Assembly: GCA_964617355.1 (NCBI GenBank)
Contig: CAZTXP010000119.1
Coordinates: forward strand, 2,186-66,185
Direction: 5' to 3'
Source of the DNA: an uncultured Enterobacteriaceae bacterium
GTDB taxonomy: Bacteria > Pseudomonadota > Gammaproteobacteria > Burkholderiales > SG8-39
DNA length: 64,000 nucleotides
The notes below the pieces were generated by a model. That model worked only from the letters and a program-made list of their open reading frames with translations. It was not told the origin of the DNA and did no database searches. A program made the translations under genes and the position numbers. Shown here piece after piece: positions 8,512 to 17,281 of the stretch (the first letter of the stretch is position 1; every line of letters begins with the position of its first letter).

Positions 8512-9486
8512 ATGAAGGCGCTGCCGTGGGTGCTGCTCGCCCTGCTCGCGGCCTTCCCGCTCGCGGGGCCGGGCAACTACCCGATGCACCTCGTGATCAT
8601 GTGCCTCTTGTGGGGCTACGTGTACACGAGCTGGTCGATCATGGGGCGCCTGGGCATGGTGAGCTTCGGCCACGGCGCCTTCCTCGGCATCGGCGCGTAC
8701 TCGGTGGTGATGCTGTGGAACCACTTCGGCGTGTCGCCGTGGATCGGGGCGCTGGCGGGCATCGTCACCTCGGCGGTGGTGGCGGTGGTGATCGGCCTGC
8801 CGTGCTTCCGCTTCAAGATCGTCGGCCACTACTTCGCGCTGGTGACGCTGGCGCTGTCGGAGGTCACGCGCCTGGTGATCGTCGCGCTGCGCGACCAGAC
8901 CGGCGGGTCGCTGGGCGCGACGCCGAAGTCGGCGCTGACCGAGGGCACCACCGTCGCGATCGGCGCGATGCAGTTCCAGTCGAAGGTGGTGTGGTTCTAC
9001 GCCATCCTCGCCGCGTGGCTGTTCGCGCTCTGGGTCTGGCGGCGGGTGGACCGCGGCATGAACCGCCTCGCGCTCGAGGCGATCAGCCAGGAGGAGGACG
9101 CCGCGGCGTCGATCGGCATCCACGTGACCCGCGCGAAGCTCTCGGTGACGCTGGTCTCGGCGGTGATGACGTCCCTGGGCGGCGTGCTCTACGCGCAGTA
9201 CCAGCTCTACATCAACCCGGAGACCGTGTCCGGCATCGGCATCAGCCTGCAGATGGTGTTCGGCGTGATCGCCGGCGGCATGTACGTAATGCTCGGGCCG
9301 ACGGTCGGCGCGGTGTTCACGCTGCTCCTGCAGGAGGGGCTGCGGCTCGCGCTCGGCGAGCACTTCAAGTCCTTCCCGGCGCTCGACCTCGCGATCTACG
9401 GCCTGATGCTGGTGCTCTTCATCATCTACATGCCCAAGGGCATCCTCGGCGCCGCCCTTGAACGCTGGAGTCGGAAGCCCGGCTAG
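8512..9486 (+). CDS. branched-chain-type ABC transporter permease (LivM-like)
   Basis: 324 aa, polytopic. GMVSFGHGAFLGIGAY motif. Starts 1 nt after the upstream stop. Confidence 0.9.
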   Translation: MKALPWVLLALLAAFPLAGPGNYPMHLVIMCLLWGYVYTSWSIMGRLGMVSFGHGAFLGIGAYSVVMLWNHFGVSPWIGALAGIVTSAVVAVVIGLPCFRFKIVGHYFALVTLALSEVTRLVIVALRDQTGGSLGATPKSALTEGTTVAIGAMQFQSKVVWFYAILAAWLFALWVWRRVDRGMNRLALEAISQEEDAAASIGIHVTRAKLSVTLVSAVMTSLGGVLYAQYQLYINPETVSGIGISLQMVFGVIAGGMYVMLGPTVGAVFTLLLQEGLRLALGEHFKSFPALDLAIYGLMLVLFIIYMPKGILGAALERWSRKPG

Positions 9487-10565
9487 CCTTGCGCGAGGAT
9501 CAGCGGCCCGACCTTGTGGGTCTCGCCCAGGATCACGCCGGCGAACTCCTCGAGCGCCGCCTCGGTGATCGCGTCCGGGTACAGCATGTACTCGGAGGCG
9601 CCCCAGCGCTCGACGTCGCGCAGCCGCAGCTTGATGCGGCCGGTCTCGAAGTCGCCCTCGAAGACCAGCAGCGCGGAGACGTCGCAGTCGATGGTGAAGG
9701 TGGTGTGCTTCACCGAGCCTCGCTCGTTCCGGGTCTCGGCCGCGTGGTAGCGGATGCGGTGGTCGTCGAGCGCGCGCTGCACGCGCTCGGTGGCCGGGCT
9801 CTCGCGCTGCACCTTGATCTTGCGGTCCGCGGACAGCAGGATGTTGAAGCTCACCTGCTCCCACACCTTCTTGTCCTTGTTGATCTCGCGCGTGCGGAAG
9901 TCGGCGCGACCGCTCTTCCAGGTGAGCCCGGTGAACTCCGGCAGGCCGACGATGGCGTAGCCCTTGGGGTACGGCGGGCGCACCACGTCGAGCTGCTCGG
10001 CGAGCGCCTTCAGGTATTCGTAGGCACGGAACAGGGCCGAGGTGATCTTCTCGTTGATCTCCTCCTGCGGGTCGACCTTCGCCGGCTCGGCGAGCTTGGC
10101 CTGCGCCATTTCCTTCAGGCGCGCTAGGCGGCTGGTCGGCGCCGGGCCCGCCGGCGCCGCGGCGGCGTGGACGGCGTCGGCGGCCACGCGCAGCAGGTCT
10201 TCCAGCGCGTCGAGGCCGTCGTCGGGCGCGCGCAGGAAGCGCAGGCCGTGGCGGTAGCCGTTCTTCTGCTTGGTCTCCACGCACGAGACGACCTCGGCGC
10301 GGACCTTCAGCATGCGCGCCGACGCGGCGCCGTCGCGCGGCGGCTGCGCGAGCAGCAGCGTCACGGTGGCGCCGGCGATGTCGCCGTGCTCGGTGACGAT
10401 GGCGGCGCCGCCGGTGGAAAGGTCCACGGTCTGGGTGTGCAGCGTCGGCTTGCCGTGCGGCTTCTCGAAGACCACGGCGGTCTTCCAGCGCACGGGGAAG
10501 CGCTTGTTCTTGCGGCGGTGTTCGTTGGCTTGCATGGTACGGATGGCGTTCGAAGGACCGAGCAT
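9483..10565 (-). CDS. PilZ domain protein with ~210-aa C-terminal domain of unknown function
   Basis: N-terminus HRRKNKRFPVRW...VDLSTGGAAI fits the PilZ RxxxR / (D/N)xSxxG c-di-GMP binding signature. The remainder has no motif I recognise. Alternative start at 10535. Confidence 0.75.
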   Translation of the reverse strand: MLGPSNAIRTMQANEHRRKNKRFPVRWKTAVVFEKPHGKPTLHTQTVDLSTGGAAIVTEHGDIAGATVTLLLAQPPRDGAASARMLKVRAEVVSCVETKQKNGYRHGLRFLRAPDDGLDALEDLLRVAADAVHAAAAPAGPAPTSRLARLKEMAQAKLAEPAKVDPQEEINEKITSALFRAYEYLKALAEQLDVVRPPYPKGYAIVGLPEFTGLTWKSGRADFRTREINKDKKVWEQVSFNILLSADRKIKVQRESPATERVQRALDDHRIRYHAAETRNERGSVKHTTFTIDCDVSALLVFEGDFETGRIKLRLRDVERWGASEYMLYPDAITEAALEEFAGVILGETHKVGPLILAQG

Positions 10566-10642
10566 CGTATCCGAGAGCGGCCCCGGCGAGGGGCCCGGGG
10601 TCGGTAAACTTGCGTTCGCGTTTCGAACCGGAACCCCCAGTC

Positions 10643-11920
10643 ATGGCACAGGATCTCTTCACGCGCTCGCTCTGGCACGCGACCGCCGTCGCGCCGCCGC
10701 CGACCGCGCCTCTCGAGGGCGAGGCGAAGGCCGATGTCGCGATCGTCGGCGCGGGCTACTCGGGCCTCGCGTGCGCGCTCGCGCTCGCCGAGGCGGGCGT
10801 CTCGGTCGCGGTGCTCGAGGCGAAGGAGATCGGCCATGGCGCCTCGGGGCGCAACAACGGCCAGGTCATCCCGACGCTGTCGCGCATGGAGCCCGAGGAC
10901 TTCGCGCGCCAGGCCTCGGAGCGCTTCCTGCAACTGGTCTGCGACAGTGCCTCGTTTACCTTCGACCTCATCCGGCGCCATCGCATGGACTGCGAGGCGG
11001 TGCAGAACGGCTGGATCCAGCCTGCGCACACGCCGGGCCGGGTGAAGCTCGCCGAACGCCGCGCGGCCGCCTGGGCGAAGCGCGGCGCGCCGGTCGAGGT
11101 GGTCGACCGCGCTGGCGCCGAACGCATCACCGGCTCGCGCTTCTGGCACGGCGGCTGGCTGAACCGAAGCGGCGGCAAGCTCAATGCGCTCGGCTATGCG
11201 CGCGAGCTCGGCCGCGCCGCGATCGGTGCCGGCGCGCGCGTGTTCACGCAGTCGCCGGCGACCAGGATCGAGAAGCGGGAAGGGCGCTGGCGCGTCGAGA
11301 CCCCGCGCGGCGCCGTGGTGGCCGAGCGCGTGTTCCTCGCGACGCACGCCTACAGCGACGGGCTGTGGCCGGGCCTGGCGAAGACGGTGTTCCCGGTGCG
11401 CAGCTACCAGATGGCGACGGCGCCGCAGCCGGAGGCGGTGCGCAAGGCCGTGCTGCCGCAGGACTTCGCCTGTTCCGACTCGCAGGGCGACCTGCATTTC
11501 TTCCGCTGGGACGCGAACGGGCGCCTCGTCACGGGCGGCGGCCTCGCGATCCCGTGGGGCTACGACTCGCGCATGCGCCGGCGCATCGGCGAGCGCGTGG
11601 CGAAGGTCTTCCCGCAACTGGGCTTCCCGGCCTTCGACTACCTGTGGCACGGCTACGTCGGCATCACGCTCGACAAGCGCCCGCACCTGCACGAGCTCGC
11701 GCCGGGGCTGCTGGCGTGGGTGGGCTGCAACGGGCGCGGCGTGGCGCTCGCCACCAGCCTCGGGTTCGAGTTCGCCCGGGCGCTGCGTGGCACGCCGGTC
11801 GCCGAGCTCGGCCTGCCGTTCACGCCGCTCGCGCCGGTGTTCGGCCACGGCATCGGCCGGCGCATCGCCACGCTCTGGCTGCTGGGCCATCGTCGGCGCG
11901 ACCGGATCGAGGTTTCCTAG
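10643..11920 (+). CDS. FAD-dependent oxidoreductase (DAO/PuuB-like)
   Basis: DVAIVGAGYSGLACALALAEAG dinucleotide-binding fold followed by GASGRNNG. ATG 10643 preferred over TTG 10610. Confidence 0.85.
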   Translation: MAQDLFTRSLWHATAVAPPPTAPLEGEAKADVAIVGAGYSGLACALALAEAGVSVAVLEAKEIGHGASGRNNGQVIPTLSRMEPEDFARQASERFLQLVCDSASFTFDLIRRHRMDCEAVQNGWIQPAHTPGRVKLAERRAAAWAKRGAPVEVVDRAGAERITGSRFWHGGWLNRSGGKLNALGYARELGRAAIGAGARVFTQSPATRIEKREGRWRVETPRGAVVAERVFLATHAYSDGLWPGLAKTVFPVRSYQMATAPQPEAVRKAVLPQDFACSDSQGDLHFFRWDANGRLVTGGGLAIPWGYDSRMRRRIGERVAKVFPQLGFPAFDYLWHGYVGITLDKRPHLHELAPGLLAWVGCNGRGVALATSLGFEFARALRGTPVAELGLPFTPLAPVFGHGIGRRIATLWLLGHRRRDRIEVS

Positions 11921-11954
11921 ACGCGGCGCAAGGTCTTTGCCCGGGCGCGCCGCC

Positions 11955-11960
11955 TATAAT
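11955..11960 (+). promoter_or_regulatory. perfect TATAAT -10 box, 10 nt upstream of the next ATG
   Basis: cgccTATAATccggcgcgccATG. No Shine-Dalgarno in between. Confidence 0.4.
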
Positions 11961-11970
11961 CCGGCGCGCC

Positions 11971-12279
11971 ATGTGGGAAGCCGCCGCCATCCTCGCCATC
12001 GGGTTCGCCGCGCTCGCGTGGTTCGACGGCATGCGCGCGCGCGAGCGGGCGCTCGATGCGGGCCGCCACGCCTGCGAGCGCTACGACCTGCAGTTCCTCG
12101 ACGACACGGTAGCCTTGGCGCGCCTGCGCCTCGCGCGCGACGAGGAGGGGCGCCTGCGCGTGCATCGCACCTATACCTTCGAGTTCTCGGACACCGGCAA
12201 CAACCGCCGGCAGGGCGCGGTGGTGACGCTCGGCCCGGACCTGCTCGACCTCCACTTCGAGCCGTACCGACTGCAATGA
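11971..12279 (+). CDS. DUF3301-family small membrane protein
   Basis: MWEAAAILAIGFAALAWFDGMRARERALDAGRHACERYDLQFLDDTVALARLRLARD..YTFEFSDTG resembles DUF3301 as I recall it. Confidence 0.75.
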   Translation: MWEAAAILAIGFAALAWFDGMRARERALDAGRHACERYDLQFLDDTVALARLRLARDEEGRLRVHRTYTFEFSDTGNNRRQGAVVTLGPDLLDLHFEPYRLQ

Positions 12280-13031
12280 GCGCTTGGGTCGAAGGAAGGG
12301 TGATCGAGAACCGGCACTGGACGCCGCACCTCTTCTCGCTGCGCGTCGAGGCGCCGCGGCTCGCGTTCGAGGCGGGGCAGTTCGTGCGCATCGGCCTCGA
12401 CATCGGCGCCGAGCGCGTCGCGCGCCCGTTCTCGTTCGTCAATGCGCCGGACGACCCGGTGCAGGAGTACTACGGCATCGTCGTGCCCGAGGGGCTGCTC
12501 TCGCCGCGCCTTGCCGAACTGCGCCCGGGCGACACGCTGTGGGTCGCGGACAACCCCTCGGGGTTCCTCGTGCTCTCGGAGGTGCCGGACGCCGAGGTGC
12601 TGTGGCTGGTCGCCACCGGCACGGGCCTCGCGCCCTTCCTGTCGATCCTGCGCAGCGAGGCTGCATGGCAACGCTTTTCGCGCGTGGTGCTCGTGCACGC
12701 CGCGCGCCATGCGAACGAACTGGTCTACGGCGAGATGCTCGAGCGCATCGCGGCCGAGCGCGGATCGCGCTTCGCGCGCGTCTCGATGCTGAGCCGGGAG
12801 GCGCAGGCCGGCGCGCTCGTGGGGGTGCTGGAGGGCCGCATCCCGGCGGCGATCGCCGACGGACGGCTGGAAGCCTCCGCGGGCGCCCCGATCGAGGCCG
12901 GGCGCGCGCAGGTGCTCCTCTGCGGCAACCCGGACATGGTGCGCGACACGATCGCCGTGCTCGCCGCGCGCGGCCTGAAGAAGCACCGGCGGCGTTCGCC
13001 CGGCCAGATCACGACGGAGGCCTTCTGGTGA
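12276..13031 (+). CDS. fpr: ferredoxin--NADP(+) reductase
   Basis: ATGA overlap with the upstream gene. Collinear with E. coli Fpr: WTPHLFSLRV..GQFVRIGL..RPFSFVN..LSPRLAELRPGD..LWLVATGTGLAPFLSIL..LCGNPDMVRD..EAFW. Confidence 0.9.
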   Translation: MSAWVEGRVIENRHWTPHLFSLRVEAPRLAFEAGQFVRIGLDIGAERVARPFSFVNAPDDPVQEYYGIVVPEGLLSPRLAELRPGDTLWVADNPSGFLVLSEVPDAEVLWLVATGTGLAPFLSILRSEAAWQRFSRVVLVHAARHANELVYGEMLERIAAERGSRFARVSMLSREAQAGALVGVLEGRIPAAIADGRLEASAGAPIEAGRAQVLLCGNPDMVRDTIAVLAARGLKKHRRRSPGQITTEAFW

Positions 13032-13873
13032 TCCTTCGACGCGTCTTCCTCGCCGTGCTGCTCGCGCTGCTGGCCGGCTGCAGCGCGATCCAGCTGGGCT
13101 ATCGCAACGCCGACACCTTCGCGCGCTGGCAGGCGAACTCGTACTTCGACTTCGAGGGCGCGGCCGCCGAGGAGCTCGACCGGCGCATCGCCGCATTCTT
13201 CGCGTGGCACCGCGCGAAGGCGCTGCCGCAGTACGCGCGCCTCGCCGACGAGGCCGCGACGCGCGGCGCGCGTCCGCTGTCGCGGGAGGACCTCGTTTGG
13301 GGGTACGATGCCATCAGGGGGCAGGTACGCGAAGGCCTGAGGGCCGCCGCCACGGAAGCCGCGCCGCTGCTTGACCGCCTGACGGCCGAGCAACTCGCGC
13401 ACCTGGAGCGTCGGCTCGCGGAAGAGAACCGCAAGTTCGCCAAGGACAATCTCGCCGGCTCCCCGGAGGACCGCCGCAAGCGGCGGCTGAAGCGCAACAT
13501 CGAGCGGCTGGAGGACTGGGTGGGCACGCTGTCGGACGCGCAGGTCGAGCGGGTGAGGCAGTACAACGACCGCGCGCCGTCGACCGAATCGCTGCGCGAC
13601 CGCGACCGCAAGCGCCGCCAGGGCGAGTTCGTCGCCATGCTGCGCGCGCGAGAGGCGACGCGCCGCTTGCCCGAGTGGGCCGCCGAGTGGGACGCCGGCC
13701 GCGAGGCCGCCTATGCCGAGGCCGCGAAGGCGCAGATCGCGCTGTATCTCGACATGCTGCTGGACATAGACAAGTCGCTCAGCCCGGCGCAGCGCGAGCA
13801 CTTCGTGCGTCACCTGAAGGGCTACGCGGAAGACTTCGCCGCGCTCGCGCGCGACGGCGGGCCCGCCAAGTGA
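13028..13873 (+). CDS. lipoprotein (DUF6279-like)
   Basis: GTG 13028 overlaps the fpr stop. VILRRVFLAVLLALLAGCS carries an LAGC lipobox. The rest is helical and Arg/Glu-rich. Confidence 0.7.
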   Translation: MILRRVFLAVLLALLAGCSAIQLGYRNADTFARWQANSYFDFEGAAAEELDRRIAAFFAWHRAKALPQYARLADEAATRGARPLSREDLVWGYDAIRGQVREGLRAAATEAAPLLDRLTAEQLAHLERRLAEENRKFAKDNLAGSPEDRRKRRLKRNIERLEDWVGTLSDAQVERVRQYNDRAPSTESLRDRDRKRRQGEFVAMLRAREATRRLPEWAAEWDAGREAAYAEAAKAQIALYLDMLLDIDKSLSPAQREHFVRHLKGYAEDFAALARDGGPAK

Positions 13874-13918
13874 CGCGCTCCCCGGGGTTCGCGCCGTGAC
13901 CCACGCGCCCGAGGCCGC

Positions 13919-16900
13919 TTGAGCGACCGCGCGCAGGATCCGGGCCCGTCCGCCGCCGGCTTCGCCGGCCGCACCAAGTACACGCTGCTCGAGTACGAGG
14001 CGGTGCTGGCGAACGCCTCGATCGGCATCGCCTTCACGCGCGAGCGCAAGTTCTCGCTGTGCAACCCGAAGTTCGCCGAGATGTTCGGCTACGCGGCGGA
14101 CGAGCTCGTCGGCCAGCCGGGCGAGGCGATCTACGCGTCGCCGGAGAGCTACGCGGCGCTCGGGCAGATCGCGGTGCCCACGCTCGCCGAGGGACGCCAG
14201 CTGGACATCGAGTGGGAGATGCGCCGGAAGGACGGCAGTACCTTCCTCGCGCGCGTCATCGCCAAGGCGATCAATCCGCGCGAGCCCGGGCAGGGCACGA
14301 TCTGGATCGCCGAGGACATCACCGAACGCAAGCGCCACGCCGACGACGTCGCGCGGCTCGCGCGCGAGCAGGAGGCGATCCTCGACACCGCGCCGGTCGG
14401 CATCTGCTTCGTGCGCGACCGCGTGTTCGTGCGCTGCAACCCGCGCTTCGAGGAAATGCACGGCTACGGCCCGGGCGAGATGATCGGCCAGCCGACCGAG
14501 GTCAGCTACGCCAACGAGGCGGACTATCGCGCGGTGGGCGAGGGCTACGCGCGGCTTGCGCACGGGCAGTCGTACACCGGCGCGAACCTTTCGCGGCGCA
14601 AGGACGGCAGCACGTTCTGGTCGCGCGTCACCGGCCGCGCGATGGATCCGGCCGATCCTGCCAAGGGCTCGGTCTGGCTGCTCGAGGACATCACCGAGCA
14701 GCGCCGCGCCGAGTCCGACCTCGCGCGCGTGCTCGCCGAGCAGCAGGCGCTGCTGAACAATGCGGTGGTCGGCATCGCCTTCGTGCGCGAGCGCGTCGTG
14801 CAGCGCGCCAACCGCCGCTTCGAGGAGCTGTTCGGCTACGCGCCCGGCGAGGCGAACGGCGCGTCGACGCGGCAGATCCACTTCACCGACGAGGAGTACG
14901 CGAAGTGGGCGCGCGCCGAGGAGGAACTCGCCGGCGGTCGCGTGCACGGCCGCGAGCAGTGGGTACGCCGCCGCGACGGCTCGGGCTTCTGGTGCCGGCT
15001 CTCGGGCCGCGCGATCGACCCGAACGACGCCGCCAAGGGCCACGTCTGGATCTTCGAGGACGTGAGCGAGCGCCGCCGCGCCGACGAGGCCGCGCAGCGC
15101 CTGGTGCGCGAGCAGAACGCGCTGCTCGACGGCGTCACCATCGGCATCGCCTTTTTGCGCGAAGGCAAGGTGGCGCGCTGCAACGCGCGCTTCGAGGAAG
15201 TATTCGGCTATGCGCAGGGCGAGCTGCTCGGCCAGCCGGTGCTGCCGCTCTACGCCTTCCCCGAGGACTACGAAGGCGGCGAGGCCCTGCACGAGGAGGT
15301 CTGGCGCGGCGAGACCGTGCGCCGCACCTGCCGCATGATCCGCAAGGACGGCTCGGCGATCTGGGTGCAGGTCTCGCGCCGGCCGATGCAGCCCGGAGAT
15401 CCGGAGCAGGGCTCGGTCTGGCTGTACGACGACGTGACGCTGGAGCGCCAGGCCGACGAGCGCGTGCGCCAGGCGTACCAGGAGCAGGAGCTGATCTTCG
15501 ACTTCGCGACGGTCGGCATCGCCTACCTGAAGGACCGCGCCATCCAGCGCTGCAACCCGCAGATGGCGGCGATGTTCGGCTACGCGCCCGAGGAAATGCT
15601 CGACCAGAGCGTGGCGATGCTGTATCCGGACGCCGCGGCCTACGAGAAGGCGGGCGAGGAGTCCTACTCGCGCCTGTCGGACGGCAGCGCCTTCATCGCC
15701 GAGCGCGAGCTGCGCCGGCGCGACGGCAGCGCGTTCTGGTGCAAGGTGGTCGGCAAGGCGATCGACCCGGCGCACGCCGCCGAGGGCACGATCTGGATCT
15801 TCGACGACATCAGCGCCGAGCGCGAGGCGCGGGAGTCGCTCGTCGCCGCGCGCCAGCAACTGCAGGAGTCGCACGCCAAGCTCGCCGCCTCGCACGGCGA
15901 GCTGGAGCGCGCGGTAGCCGAGCGCACCGCCGAGCTGAAGGCGACCAACGACCGTTTGCAGCAGGAGATCGGCGAAAGGAAGCAGGCCGAACACCGCGCG
16001 CAGCACCTCGCCGACCATGACGCGTTGACGGGTCTTCCGAACCGGCGCCTGCTGGAAGACCGCCTCACGCAGGCGCTCGCGCTCTCGTACCGCAACCGCA
16101 AGCTGACCGCGGTGATGTTCGTCGACCTCGATCGCTTCAAGACCGTGAACGACTCGCTCGGCCACGCCGCGGGCGACGAGCTGCTGAAGGAAGTGGCGAC
16201 GCGCCTGGGCAAGCAGCTGCGCGTCGGCGATACCATCTGCCGCATCGGCGGCGACGAGTTCGTCATCGTGCTGCCGGAGATCAAGCGTTCGTCGGACGCC
16301 GCGGGCGTGGCGCAGAAGGTGATCGAGGGCCTGTCGATCCCCGTGCTGGTGGCCGATCGCGAGGTCACCGTGACGCCGTCGATCGGCATCAGCGTGTTCC
16401 CCGACGACGGCCGCGACGCCGAGGCGCTGATCCGCAACGCCGACGCGGCGATGTACCACGCCAAGGAAACCGGGCGCTGCAACTACCAGTTCTTCACCGA
16501 CCAGATGAACCTCGCGGCGTCGCGGCGGCTGGCGCTCGAGAACGACCTGCGGCGCGCGCTCGCCAAGGGCGAGCTGGAGGTCTACTTCCAGCCCTTCAGC
16601 GAGCTGAAGACCGGCGGCTTCGTCGTCGGCCACGAGGCGCTGGTGCGCTGGAAGCACCCGACCAAGGGGCTGGTGTCGCCCGTGGACTTCATCCAGCTCG
16701 CCGAGGACACGGGGCTGATCCTGCCGATCGGCGAGTGGGTGCTGGAGCAGGCCTGCCGCTGGGCGACCTTCATCGGCGCCGAGCGCGGCCTGAAGATCGC
16801 GGTCAACCTGTCGGCGCGGCAGTTCACCGACCCGAAGCTGGTCGACATGGTGGCGCGCGTGCTGCGCGAGACCGGGCTGCCCGCGAAGCTGCTGGAGCTC

Positions 16901-17281
16901 GAGATCACCGAGTCCACGGTGATGCACAACATCGAGGTCACGCAGGCCACGCTCGTGAAGCTGAAGGCGCTCGGCCTGTCGATCGCGATCGACGACTTCG
17001 GCACCGGCTACTCGAGCCTGGCGTACCTGAAGCGCTTCCCGGTGGACAAGCTGAAGATCGACAAGTCCTTCATCGCCGACGTGCCGGCGAGCAAGGACGA
17101 CAGCGCGATCGTCGCCGCCATCCTCGGCCTCGCGCGCGCGCTTGAACTCGTGGTGGTCGCCGAGGGCGTCGAGACCGAGGCGCAGATGGAGTTCCTGCAG
17201 CAGCAGCGCTGCGACTTCATCCAGGGCTACCTCGTCGGCAAGCCCGCCGACCGCGACACCGCCGCCAAGGAATATCTCTAG
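13919..17281 (+). CDS. c-di-GMP signalling protein: five PAS modules - coiled coil - GGDEF - EAL
   Basis: TTG start with GAGG upstream. Five ~125-aa PAS units each end in (I/V)W(I/L)xED(I/V)(T/S)E(R/Q)(K/R)R-like blocks. RIGGDEFVIVL (GGDEF), HEALVRW (EAL) and DDFGTGYSSL are present. Confidence 0.9.
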   Translation: MSDRAQDPGPSAAGFAGRTKYTLLEYEAVLANASIGIAFTRERKFSLCNPKFAEMFGYAADELVGQPGEAIYASPESYAALGQIAVPTLAEGRQLDIEWEMRRKDGSTFLARVIAKAINPREPGQGTIWIAEDITERKRHADDVARLAREQEAILDTAPVGICFVRDRVFVRCNPRFEEMHGYGPGEMIGQPTEVSYANEADYRAVGEGYARLAHGQSYTGANLSRRKDGSTFWSRVTGRAMDPADPAKGSVWLLEDITEQRRAESDLARVLAEQQALLNNAVVGIAFVRERVVQRANRRFEELFGYAPGEANGASTRQIHFTDEEYAKWARAEEELAGGRVHGREQWVRRRDGSGFWCRLSGRAIDPNDAAKGHVWIFEDVSERRRADEAAQRLVREQNALLDGVTIGIAFLREGKVARCNARFEEVFGYAQGELLGQPVLPLYAFPEDYEGGEALHEEVWRGETVRRTCRMIRKDGSAIWVQVSRRPMQPGDPEQGSVWLYDDVTLERQADERVRQAYQEQELIFDFATVGIAYLKDRAIQRCNPQMAAMFGYAPEEMLDQSVAMLYPDAAAYEKAGEESYSRLSDGSAFIAERELRRRDGSAFWCKVVGKAIDPAHAAEGTIWIFDDISAEREARESLVAARQQLQESHAKLAASHGELERAVAERTAELKATNDRLQQEIGERKQAEHRAQHLADHDALTGLPNRRLLEDRLTQALALSYRNRKLTAVMFVDLDRFKTVNDSLGHAAGDELLKEVATRLGKQLRVGDTICRIGGDEFVIVLPEIKRSSDAAGVAQKVIEGLSIPVLVADREVTVTPSIGISVFPDDGRDAEALIRNADAAMYHAKETGRCNYQFFTDQMNLAASRRLALENDLRRALAKGELEVYFQPFSELKTGGFVVGHEALVRWKHPTKGLVSPVDFIQLAEDTGLILPIGEWVLEQACRWATFIGAERGLKIAVNLSARQFTDPKLVDMVARVLRETGLPAKLLELEITESTVMHNIEVTQATLVKLKALGLSIAIDDFGTGYSSLAYLKRFPVDKLKIDKSFIADVPASKDDSAIVAAILGLARALELVVVAEGVETEAQMEFLQQQRCDFIQGYLVGKPADRDTAAKEYL

